Origin: the human T2T-CHM13v2.0 reference genome, Homo sapiens
Length of the DNA stretch: 64,000 nt
Assembly: GCF_009914755.1 (NCBI RefSeq)
Contig: NC_060928.1
Reading direction: 5' to 3' (one strand)
The notes below the pieces were generated by a model. It had not been told where the DNA came from. It did not search any database and was given only the letters and a program-made list of their open reading frames with translations. The position numbers were made by a program, and so were the translations under genes. Shown here piece after piece: positions 15,001-29,202 of the stretch (the first letter of the stretch is position 1; the number at the start of each line of letters is the position of its first letter).

Positions 15001-17980
15001 GTACTTTGATATTTTATGTACAGTATGTAGTACACACTTTGGGTATTTTGATATTTTATGTACAGTATATAATACATACTTTGGGTATCTTGATATTTTA
15101 TGTACAGTATATAATGCATACTTTGCGTCCTTTGATATTTTATGTACAGTATATAATGCATACTTTGGGTACTTTGATATTTCATGTACAGTATGTAATA
15201 CATACTTTGGGTACTTTGATATTTTATGTATAGTATATAATACATACTTTGTGTAGTTTGATATTTTATGTACAGTATACAATATATAGTTTGAGTACTT
15301 TGTTATTTTATGTGCAGTATAAAATATATAGTTTTCGTAATTGATCTTTTATGTACAGAATATAGTTTGAGTACTTTGATATTTTATGTACACTTTATTA
15401 TAAATGTTTGGGTCCTTTCATATTTTATGTACAGTATATAATACATACTTTGGTCTCTTTGATGTTTTATGTACAGTATATAATACATAATTTGGGTTCT
15501 TTGATATTTTATGTACAGAATATAATGCATAGTTTTAGGTACTTTTATATTTTATGTACAGTATATAATACATACTTTGGGTACTTTGATATTTTATGTA
15601 CAGTATATAATACATACTTTGGGAACTTTGATATTTTATGTACAGTATGTAATACATACTTTGGGTACTTTGATATTTTATGTACAGTATATAATACATA
15701 CTATTGGTACTTTGATATTTTATGTACAGTATACAATATATAGTTTGAGGACTTTGATATTTTATGTCCAGTATAAAATATATAGATTTCATACTTTGAT
15801 ATTTTATGTACTGAATGTAGTTTGAGTACTTTGATATTTTATGTACACTTTATTATAAAAGTTTGGGTACTTTCATATTTTACGTACAGTATATAATACA
15901 TACTTTGGGCACTTTGATGTTTTATGTACAGTATATAATACATACTTTGGGTTCTTTGATAATTTATGTACAGCATATAATACATAATTTGGGGACTTTT
16001 ATATTTTATGTACATTATATTATACATACTTTGGGTACTTTTATATTTTATGTACGGTATATAATACACACTTTGGGTACTTTGATATATTATGTACAGT
16101 ATATAATACATACTTTGGGTACTTTGATATATTATGTACAGTATATAATACATACTAAGGGTACTTTGACATTTTATGTACAGTACATAATACATACTTT
16201 GGGTACTTTGATATTTTATGTACAGTATATAATGCATACTTTGAATACTTTGATATTTTATGTACAGTATATAATACATACTTTGGGTACTTTTATATTT
16301 TATGTACAGTATATAATATATAGTTTGGGTACTTTGATATTTTATGTACGGTATATAATACATACTTTGGGTACTTTGATATTTTATGTACAGTATATAA
16401 TACATACTTTGGGTACTCTGATATTTTATGTACCGTATACAATATATAGTTTGAGTACTTTGATATTTTATGTACTGTATAAAATATATAGTTTTCGTAC
16501 TTTGATATTTTATGTACAGTATATAGTTTGAGTACTTTGATATTTTATGTACAGTTTTTTATAAATGTTTGGGTGCTTTCATATTTTATGTACAGTATAT
16601 AATACATACAAAGGGCACTTTGTTATTTTATGTACAGTATATAATACATACTTTGGGTACTCTGATATTTTATGTACAGTGTATAATACATACTTTGGGT
16701 ACTTTGATATTTTATGTACAATATATAATACATACGTTGGGAACTTTGATATATTATGTACAGTATATAATACATACTTTGGGTACTTTGATATTTTATC
16801 TACAGTATACAACACATAGTTTGTGTACTTTGATATTTTATGTACAGTATATAATACATACTTTGGGTACTTTGATATTTTATGTACAGTATATAATACA
16901 TACTTTGGGTACTTTCATATTTTATGTACAGTATATAATACATAGTTTGGTTACTTTGATATTTTATCTACAGCTTATAATACATACTTTGGATACTTTG
17001 ATACTTTATGTACAGTATATAATACATACTTTGGGTACTTTGATATTTTATGTACAGTATACAATATATAGTTTGAGTACTTTGATATTTTATGTGCAGT
17101 ATAAAATATATAGTTTTGGTACTTTCATATTTTATGTACAGTATATAGTTTGAGTACTTTGATATTTTATGGACAGTTTTTTATAAATGGGTGCTTTCAT
17201 ATTTTAAGTACAGTATATAATACATACTAAGGGCACTTTGATATTTTATGTACAGTATATAATACATACTTTGGGTACTTTGATATTTTATGTACATCAT
17301 ATAATATATAGTTTGGGTACTTTGATATTTTATGTACAGTATATAATACATACCTTGGGTACTTTGATATTTTATGTACAGTACATAATATATAGTTTGG
17401 GTATTTTGATATTTTATGTACAGTATATAATACATACTTTGGGTACTTTGATATTTTATGTACAGTATATAATACATACTTTGGGAACTTTGATATTTTA
17501 TGTACAGTATGTAAAACATACTTTGGGTACTTTGATATTTTATGTACAGTATATAATACATACTATTGGTACTTTGATATTTTATGTACATTATACAATA
17601 TATAGTTTGAGTACTTTGATATTTTATGTCCAGTATAAAATATATAGATTTCGTACTTTGATATTTTATGTACAGAATATAGTTTGAGTACTTTCATATT
17701 TTATGTACACTTTATTATAAAAGTTTGGGTACTTTCATATTTTACGTACAGTATATAATACATACTTTGGGCACTTTGATGTTTTATGTACAGTATATAA
17801 TACATACTTTAGGTTCTTTTATATTTTATGTACAGCATATAATACAAAATTTGGGGACTTTTATATTTTATGTACATTATATAATACATACTTTGGGTAC
17901 TTTTATATTTTATGTACGGTATATAATACATACTTTGGGTACTTTGATATATTATGTACAGTATATAATACATACTTTGG
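86..17980. repeat. Macro-repeat copy 1 (colinear with ~37326-52028)
   Basis: Variant-defined ORFs recur in the same order with stepwise offsets: 173/37413, 2057/38794, 2946/39683, 5805/41591, 8377/44247, 11670/47086, 13629/49003, 16569/50613, 17725/51773. Confidence 0.85.
6470..13440. repeat. Older tandem-like duplication with 3622-3706 bp period
   Basis: ORF pairs 6487/10109 (3622) and 7964/11670, 8353/12059, 8680/12386, 9469/13175 (3706). The two offsets differ by two monomers. Confidence 0.8.
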
Positions 17981-18296
17981 GCACTTTGATGTTTTATGTA
18001 CAGTATATAATACATACTTTGGGTTCTTTGATATGTTATTTACAGCATATAGTACATGATTTGGGGACTTTTATATTTTATGTACATTATATAATACATA
18101 CTTTGGGTACTTTTATATTTTATGTACAGTATATAATACATACTTTGGGTACTTTGATATATTATGTACAGTATATAATACATACTTAGGGTACTTTGAC
18201 ATTTTATGTACAGTACATAATACATACTTTGGGTACTTTGATATTTTATGTACAGTATATAATACATACTTTGGGTACTTTGATATTTTATGTACA

Positions 18297-20800
18297 GTAT
18301 ATAATACATGTTTTGGGTACTTTTATATTTTATGTACAGTATATAATATATAGTTTGGGTACTTTGATATTTTATGTACGGTATATAATACATACTTTGG
18401 GTACTTTGATATTTTATGTACAGTATATAATACATACTTTGGGTACTTTGATAATTTATGTACAGTATATAATACATACTTTGGGTACTTTGATATTTAA
18501 TGTACAGTATATAATACACACTTTGCGTACTTTGATATTTTATGTAAAGTATGTAATACATACTTTGGGTACTTTGATATTTTATGTACAGTATGTAATA
18601 CACGCTTTGGGTACTTTGATATTTTATGTAGAGTATGTAAAACATACTTTGGGTAGTTTGGTATTTTATGATCAGTATATAATACATATTTTGGGTACTT
18701 TGATATTTTATGTACAGTATATAATACATACTTTGGGTACTTTGATATTTTATGTACAGTATATAATGCATAATTTGGGTACTTCAATAGTTTATGCACA
18801 GTATATAATACATACTTTGGGTAATTTGATATTTTATGTACAGTATATAATGCATACTTTGGGTACTTTGATAGTTTATGTACAGTATACAATACATACT
18901 TTGGGTACTTTGATATTTTATGTACAGTATATAATATGTAGTTTGGGTACTTTGATATTTTAACTACAGTATATAATACATACTTTGGGTACTTTGATAT
19001 TTTATCTACAGTATATAATAGATACTTTGGGTACTTTGATATATTATGTACAGTATATAATACATAGTTTGGTTACTTTGATATTTTTTGTACAGTATGT
19101 AAAACATACTTTGGGGAGTTTGATATTTTATGAACAGTATATAATACACATTTTGGGTACTTTGATATTTTATGTACGGTATATAATACATACTTTGGGT
19201 ACTTTGATATTTTATGTACAGTATATAATTCATACTTTGGGTACTTTGATATTTTATGTACAGTATATAATACATACATTGGGTACTTCGATATTTTATG
19301 TGCAGTACCCTATATATAGTTTGGGTACTTTGATATTTTATGTCCTGTATAAAATAAATAGTTTTGGTACTTTGATATTTTATGTACAGTATATAGTTTG
19401 AGTACTTTGATATTTAATGTTCAGTTTATTATAAATGTTTGGGTGCTTTCATATTTTATATACAGTATATAATACATACTTTGGGCACTTTGATATTTTC
19501 TGTACAGTATATAATACATACTTTGGGTACTTTGATATTTTATGTATGGTATATAATACATGTTTTGGGTACTTTTATATTTTATGTACAGTATATAATA
19601 TATAGTTTGGGTACTTTGATATTTTATGTACGGTATATAATACATACTTTGGGTACTTTGATATTTTATGTACAGTATATAATACATACTTTGGGTACTT
19701 TGATAATTTATGTACAGTATATAATACATACTTTGGGTACTTTGATATTTAATGTACAGTATATAATACACACTTTGCGTACTTTGATATTTTATGTAAA
19801 GTATGTAATACATACTTTGGGTACTTTGATATTTTATGTACAGTATGTAATACACGCTTTGGGTACTTTGATATTTTATGTAGAGTATGTAAAACATACT
19901 TTGGGTAGTTTGGTATTTTATGATCAGTATATAATACATATTTTGGGTACTTTGATATTTTATGTACAGTATATAATACATACTTTGGGTACTTTGATAT
20001 TTTATGTACAGTATATAATGCATAATTTGGGTACTTCAATAGTTTATGCACAGTATATAATACATACTTTGGGTAATTTGATATTTTATGTACAGTATAT
20101 AATGCATACTTTGGGTACTTTGATAGTTTATGTACAGTATACAATACATACTTTGGGTACTTTGATATTTTATGTACAGTATATAATATGTAGTTTGGGT
20201 ACTTTGATATTTTAACTACAGTATATAATACATACTTTGGGTACTTTGATATTTTATCTACAGTATATAATAGATACTTTGGGTACTTTGATATATTATG
20301 TACAGTATATAATACATAGTTTGGTTACTTTGATATTTTTTGTACAGTATGTAAAACATACTTTGGGGAGTTTGATATTTTATGAACAGTATATAATACA
20401 CATTTTGGGTACTTTGATATTTTATGTACGGTATATAATACATACTTTGGGTACTTTGATATTTTATGTACAGTATATAATTCATACTTTGGGTACTTTG
20501 ATATTTTATGTACAGTATATAATACATACATTGGGTACTTCGATATTTTATGTGCAGTACCCTATATATAGTTTGGGTACTTTGATATTTTATGTCCAGT
20601 ATAAAATAAATAGTTTTGGTACTTTGATATTTTATGTACAGTATATAGTTTGAGTACTTTGATATTTAATGTTCAGTTTATTATAAATGTTTGGGTGCTT
20701 TCATATTTTATATACAGTATATAATACATACTTTGGGCACTTTGATATTTTCTGTACAGTATATAATACATACTTTGGGTACTTTGATATTTTATGTATG
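18297..20800. repeat. Direct tandem duplication, 2 x 1252 bp (30 monomers minus 8 bp)
   Basis: ORF pairs 18497/19749, 18985/20237, 19073/20325 and 19439/20691 are all offset by 1252. Junction near 19549. One visible difference: T19346 vs A20598. Confidence 0.9.
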
Positions 20801-23800
20801 GTATATAATACATACAATGGGTACTTTGATATTTTATGTACAGTATATAATATATAGTTTGGTTACTTTGATATTTTATATACAGTATATAATATATATT
20901 ATGTGTACTTTGATATATTATGTACAGTATATAATATATAGTATGGGTTGTTTGATATTTTATGTACAGTATATAATATATAGTTTGGGTAGTTTGATAT
21001 TTTTAGTACAGTATGTAATATATAGTTTGTTTTATTTGATATTTTATGTACAGTATACAATATATAGTATTGGTACTTTGATATTTCATGTAAAGTATAT
21101 AGTTTGAGTACTTTGATATTTTATATGCAGTTTATTATAAATGTTTGGGTACCTTCATATTTTATGTACAGTATATAATACATACTTTGGGAACTTTTAT
21201 TTTATGTGCAGTATATAATACATACTTTGGGTACTTTGATATTTCATGTACAGTATATAATACACACTTTGGGTACTTTGATATTTTATGTACAGTATAT
21301 AATACATACTTTGGGTACTTTGATGTATTATGTACAGTATATAATACATACTTTGGGTACTTTGATATTTTATGTACAGTATATAATACATACTTTGGGT
21401 ACTTTGATATTTTATGTACAGTATGTAATACATAATTTGGGTACTTTAATATTTTATGTGTAGTATATAATACATACTTTGGGTACTTAGATATTTTATG
21501 TACAGTATATAATACATACATTGGGTACTTTCATATTTCATGTACAGTATATAATATATAGTTTGGGTACTTTGGTATATTATGTACTGTATATAATACA
21601 TACTTTGAGTACTTTGATATTTTATGTACAGTATATAATACATACTTTGAGTACTTTGATATTTTATGTACAGTATGTAATACATAATTTGGGTACTTTA
21701 ATATTTTATGTATAGTATATAATACATACTTTGGGTACTTTGATATTTTATGTACAGTATATAATATATACATTGGGTACTTTCATATTTCATGTACAGT
21801 ATATAATATATAGTTTGGGTACTTTGGTATATTATGTACTGTATATAATACATACTTTGAGTACTTTGATATTTTATGTACAGTATATAATATATAGTTT
21901 GGGTACTTTGATATTTTATATACAATATATAATATGTATTATGTGTACTTTGATATATTCTGTGCAGTATATAATATATAGTTTGGGTTGTTTGATATTT
22001 TATGTACAGTATATAATATATTGTTTGGGTAGTTTGATATTTTAAGTACAGTATGTAATATATAGTTTGTGTTATTTGATATTTTATGTAATGTATACAA
22101 TATATAGTACTGGTACTTTGATATTTCATGTAAAGTATATAGTTTGAGTACTTTGATATTTTATATACAGTTTATTATAAATGTTTGGGTACCTTCATAT
22201 TTTATGTACAGTATATAATACATACTTTGGGAACTTTTATTTTATGTGCAGTATATAATACATACCTTGGGTACTTTGATATTTTATGTACAGGATATAA
22301 TACACACTTTGGGTACTTTGATATTTTATGTACAGTATATAATACACACTTTGGGTAGTTTGATATTTTATGTACAGTATATAATACATACTTTGGGTAC
22401 TTTGATATTTTATGTACAGTATGTAATACATAATTTGGGTACTTTAATATTTTATGTATAGTATATAATACATACTTTGGGTACTTTGATATTTTATGTA
22501 CAGTATATAATACATACATTGGGTACTTTCATATTTCATGTACAGTATATAATATATAGTTTGGGTACTTTGGTATATTATGTACTGTATATAATACATA
22601 CTTTGAGTACTTTGATATTTTATGTACAGTATATAATACATACTTTGCGTACTTTGATATTTTATGTCCAGTATAGAATATATAGTTTTGGTAGTTTGAT
22701 ATTTTATGTACAGTATATAGTTTGAGTACTTTCACATTTTATGTACAGTTTATTATAAATGTTTGGGTGTTTTCATATTTTATGTACTGTATATAATACA
22801 TACATTGGGCACTTTGATATATTATGTACAGTATATAATACACACTTTGGGTACTCTGATATTTTATGTACAGTATATAATACACACTTTGGGTACTTTG
22901 ATATTTTATGTACAGGATATAATGCATACTTTGGGTACTTTGATTGTTTATGTACAGTATATAATACATAATTTGGGTACTTTGATATTTTATGTATAGT
23001 ATAAAATATACAGTTTGGGTACTTTGATATTTTATGTACAGTATGTAAAACATACTTTGGGGAGTTTGATATTTTATGTACAGTATGTAAAACATAATTT
23101 GGGGAGTTTGATATTTTATGAACAGTATATAATACACATTTTGTGTACTTTGGTATTTTATGTACAGTATATAATACATACTTTGGGTACTTTGATATTT
23201 TATGTACAGTATATAATACATACTTTGGGTACTTTGATATTTTATGTACAGTATACAATATATAGTTTGAGTACTTTGATATTTTATGTACTGTATAAAA
23301 TATATAGTTTTGGTACTTTGATATTTTATGTACAGTATATAGTTTGAGTACTTTGATATTTTATGTACAGTTTGTTATAAATATTTGGGTGCTTTCATAT
23401 TTTATGTACTGTATATAATACATGCTTTAGGCACTTTGATATTTTATGTACAGTATATAATACATACTTTGGGTACTCTGATATTTTATGTACAGTGTAT
23501 AATACATACTTTGGGTACTTTGATATTTTATGTACAGTATATAATACATAAATTGGGTACTTTGATATATTATGTACAGTATATAATACTTACTTGGGGT
23601 ACTTTGATATTTTATGTATAGTATATAATACATAGTTTGTGTACTTTGATATTTTATGTACAGTATATAATACATACTATTGGTACTTTGATATTTTATG
23701 TACAGTATACAATATATAGTTTGAGTACTTTGATATTTTATGTCCAGTATAAAATATATAGATTTCGTACTTTGATATTTTATGTACAGAATATAGTTTG

Positions 23801-25223
23801 AGTACTTTGATATTTTATGTACACTTTATTATAAAAGTTTGGGTACTTTCATATTTTATGTACAGTATATAATACATACTTTGGGCACTTTGATGTTTTA
23901 TGCACAGTATATAATACATACTTTGGGTACTTTTATATTTTATGTACAGTATATAATACATAGTTTGGGTACTTTGATATTTAATATACAGTATATAATG
24001 CACACTTTGCGTACTTTGATATTTTATGTAAAGTATGTAATACATACTTTGGGTAGTTTGATATTTTATGTACAGTATGTAATACACACTTTGGGTACTT
24101 TGATATTTTATGTACAGTATGTAAAACATACTTTGGGTAGTTTGATATATTATGATCAGTATATAATACACATTTTGGGTACTTTGATATTTTATGTACA
24201 GTGTATAATACATACTTTGGGTACTTTGATATTTTATGTACAGGATATAATGCATACTTTGGGTACTTTGATAGTTTATGTACAGTATATAATACTTACT
24301 TTGGGTACTTTGATATTTTATATATAGTATAAAATATATAGTTTGGGTAGTTTGATACTTTAAGTATAGTATATGATACATATTTTTAGTACTTAGATAT
24401 TTTATCTACAGTGTATAATAAATACTATGGGTACTTTGATATATTATGTACAATAGATAATACATGCTTTGGATACTTTGGTATTTTATGTACAGTATAT
24501 AATACATACTTTGGGTACTTTGATATTTTATGTACAGTATATAATACATACATTGGGTGCTTTCATATTTCATGTACACTATATAATATATAGTTTGGGT
24601 ACTTTGGTATATTATGTACTGTATATAATACATACTTTGAGTATTTTGATATTTTATGTACAGTATATAATACATACTTTGGGTACTTTGATATTTTATG
24701 TACAGTATATAATGCATAATTTGGGTACTTCAATAGTTTATGCACAGTATATAATACATACTTTGGGTAATTTGATATTTTATGTACAGTATATAATGCA
24801 TACTTTGGGTACTTTGATAGTTTATGTACAGTATACAATACATACTTTGGGTACTTTGATATTTTATGTACAGTATATAATATGTAGTTTGGGTACTTTG
24901 ATATTTTAACTACAGTATATAATACATACTTTGGGTACTTTGATATTTTATCTACAGTATATAACAGATACTTTGGGTACTTTGATATATTATGTACAGT
25001 ATATAATACATAGTTTGGTTACTTTGATATTTTTTGTACAGTATGTAAAACATACTTTGGGGAGTTTGATATTTTATGAACAGTATATAATACACATTTT
25101 GGGTACTTTGATATTTTATGTACGGTATATAATACATACTTTGGGTACTTTGATATTTTATGTACAGTATATAATTCATACTTTGGGTACTTTGATATTT
25201 TATGTACAGTATATAATACATAC
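20259..25223. repeat. ~5 kb segment duplicated at 29203-34167 (offset 8944)
   Basis: ORF pairs 20691/29635, 21145/30089, 22202/31146, 23015/31959, 23815/32759, 24406/33350 and 24931/33875. Confidence 0.9.
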
Positions 25224-25592
25224 TTTGGGTACTTTGATGTATTATGTACAGTATATAATACATACTTTGGGTACTTTGATATTTTATGTACAGTATATAA
25301 TACATACTTTGGGTACTTTGATATTTTATGTACAGTATATAATACATACTTTGGGTACTTTGATGTATTATGTACAGTATATAATACATACTTTGGGTAC
25401 TTTGATATTTTATGTACAGTATATAATACACACTTTGGGTACTTTGATATTTTATGTACAGTATATAATACATACTTTGGGTACTTTGATGTATTATGTA
25501 CAGTATATAATACATACTTTGGGTACTTTGATATTTTATGTACAGTATATAATACATACTTTGGGTACTTTGATATTTTATGTACAGTATGT
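25215..25592. repeat. 3 x 126 bp (3-monomer) local tandem amplification
   Basis: The variant ACTTTGATGTATTATG occurs at 25231, 25357 and 25483, exactly 126 bp apart. Confidence 0.85.
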
Positions 25593-27252
25593 AATACATA
25601 ATTTGGGTACTTTAATATTTTATGTGTAGTATATAATACATACTTTGGGTACTTAGATATTTTATGTACAGTATATAATACATACATTGGGTACTTTCAT
25701 ATTTCATGTACAGTATATAATATATAGTTTGGGTACTTTGGTATATTATGTACTGTATATAATACATACTTTGAGTACTTTGATATTTTATGTACAGTAT
25801 ATAATACATACTTTGAGTACTTTGATATTTTATGTACAGTATGTAATACATAATTTGGGTACTTTAATATTTTATGTATAGTATATAATACATACTTTGG
25901 GTACTTTGATATTTTATGTACAGTATATAATATATACATTGGGTACTTTCATATTTCATGTACAGTATATAATATATAGTTTGGGTACTTTGGTATATTA
26001 TGTACTGTATATAATACATACTTTGAGTACTTTGATATTTTATGTACAGTATATAATATATAGTTTGGGTACTTTGATATTTTATATACAATATATAATA
26101 TGTATTATGTGTACTTTGATATATTCTGTGCAGTATATAATATATAGTTTGGGTTGTTTGATATTTTATGTACAGTATATAATATATTGTTTGGGTAGTT
26201 TGATATTTTAAGTACACTATGTAATATATAGTTTGTGTTATTTGATATTTTATGTAATGTATACAATATATAGTACTGGTACTTTGATATTTCATGTAAA
26301 GTATATAGTTTGAGTACTTTGATATTTTATATACAGTTTATTATAAATGTTTGGGTACCTTCATATTTTATGTACAGTATATAATACATACTTTGGGAAC
26401 TTTTATTTTATGTGCAGTATATAATACATACCTTGGGTACTTTGATATTTTATGTACAGGATATAATACACACTTTGGGTACTTTGATATTTTATGTACA
26501 GAATATAATACACACTTTGGGTAGTTTGATATTTTATGTACAGTATATAATACATACTTTGGGTACTTTGATATTTTATGTACAGTATGTAATACATAAT
26601 TTGGGTACTTTAATATTTTATGTATAGTATATAATACATACTTTGGGTACTTTGATATTTTATGTACAGTATATAATACATACATTGGGTACTTTCATAT
26701 TTCATGTACAGTATATAATATATAGTTTGGGTACTTTGGTATATTATGTACTGTATATAATACATACTTTGAGTACTTTGATATTTTATGTACAGTATAT
26801 AATACATACTTTGCGTACTTTGATATTTTATGTCCAGTATAGAATATATAGTTTTGGTAGTTTGATATTTTATGTACAGTATATAGTTTGAGTACTTTCA
26901 CATTTTATGTACAGTTTATTATAAATGTTTGGGTGTTTTCATATTTTATGTACTGTATATAATACATACATTGGGCACTTTGATATATTATGTACAGTAT
27001 ATAATACATACTTTGGGTACTCTGATATTTTATGTACAGTATATAATACACACTTTGGGTACTTTGATATTTTATGTACAGGATATAATGCATACTTTGG
27101 GTACTTTGATTGTTTATGTACAGTATATAATACATAATTTGGGTACTTTGATATTTTATGTATAGTATAAAATATACAGTTTGGGTACTTTGATATTTTA
27201 TGTACAGTATGTAAAACATACTTTGGGGAGTTTGATATTTTATGTACAGTAT
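25412..27252. repeat. ~1.84 kb third copy of 21246-23086 / 30190-32030 (offset 4166)
   Basis: ORF pairs 21446/25612, 21731/25897, 22202/26368, 22529/26695 and 22763/26929. Confidence 0.9.
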
Positions 27253-29202
27253 ATAATACATACATTGGGTACTTTGATATATTATGCACAGTATATAATA
27301 CTTACTTGGGGTACTTTGATATTTTATGTACAGTATATAATACATACTTTGTGTACTTTGATATTTTATGTACCTTATATAATACATAATTTGGGTACTT
27401 TGATATTTTATGTACAGTATATAATACATACTTTGGGTATCTTGATATTTTATATACAGTATATAATGCATATTTTGGGTACTTTGATATTTTATGTACA
27501 GTATATAATGCATACTTTGAGTACTTTGATATTTTATGTACAGTATATAATGCATACTTTGAGTACTTTGATATTTTATGTACAGTAAGTAATACATACT
27601 TTGGGTACTTTGATATTTTATGTATAGTATATAATACATAGTTTGTGTAGTTTGATATTTTATGTACAGTATACAATATATAGTTTGAGTACTTTGATAT
27701 TTTATGTCCAGTATAAAATATATAGTTTTCCTAATTGATATTTTATGTACAGAATATAGTTTGAGTACTTTGATATATTATGTACACTTTATTATAAATG
27801 TTTGGGTACTTTCATATTTTATGTACAGTATATAATACATACTTTGGTCTCTTTGATGTTTTATGTACAGTATATAATACATACTTTGGGTTCTTTGATA
27901 TTTTATGTGCAGAATATAATGCATAGTTTTAGGTACTTTTATATTTTATGTACAGTATATAATACATACTTTGGGTACTTTGATATTTTATGTACAGTAT
28001 ATGATACATACTTTGGGAACTTTGATATTTTATGTACAGTATGTAATACATACTTTGGGTACTTTGATATTTTATGTACAGTATATAATACATATTATTG
28101 GTACTTTGATATTTTATGTACAGTATACAATATATAGTTTGAGTACTTTGATATTTTATGTCCAGTATAAAATACATAGATTTCATACTTTGATATTTTA
28201 TGTACAGAATATAGTTTGAGTACTTTGATATTTTATGTACACTTTATCATAAAAGTTTGGGTACTTTCATATTTTACGTACAGTATATAATACATACTTT
28301 GGGCACTTTGATGTTTTATGTACAGTATATAATACATACTTTGGGTTCTTTGATATGTTATGTACAGCATATAGTACATAATTTGGGGACTTTTATATTT
28401 TATGTACATTATATAATACATACTTTGGGTACTTTTATATTTTATGTACGGTATATAATACATACTTTGGGTACTTTGATATATTATGTACAGTATATAA
28501 TACATACTTTGGGTACTTTGATATATAATGTACAGTATATAATACATACTTAGGGTACTTTGATATTTTATGTACAGTACATAATACATACTTTGGGTAC
28601 TTTGATATTTTATGTACAGTATGTAATACATACTTTGGGTACTTTGATATTTTATGTACAGTATATAATACATGTTTTGAGTACTTTGATATTTAATGTA
28701 CAGTATATAATACACACTTTGGGTACTTTGATATTTTATGTACAGTATATAATACATACTTTGGGTACTTTGATATTTTATGTACAGTATATAATACATG
28801 TTTTGGGTACTTTTATATTTTATGTACAGTATATAATATATAGTTTGGGTACTTTGATATTTTATGTACGGTATATAATACATACTTTGGGTACTTTGAT
28901 ATTTTATGTACAGTATATAATACATACTTTGGGTACTTTGATAATTTATGTACAGTATATAATACATACTTTGGGTACTTTGATATTTAATGTACAGTAT
29001 ATAATACACACTTTGTGTACTTTGATATTTTATGTAAAGTATGTAATACATACTTTGGGTACTTTGATATTTTATGTACAGTATGTAATACACGCTTTGG
29101 GTACTTTGATATTTTATGTAGAGTATGTAAAACATACTTTGGGTAGTTTGGTATTTTATGATCAGTATATAATACATATTTTGGGTACTTTGATATTTTA
29201 TG

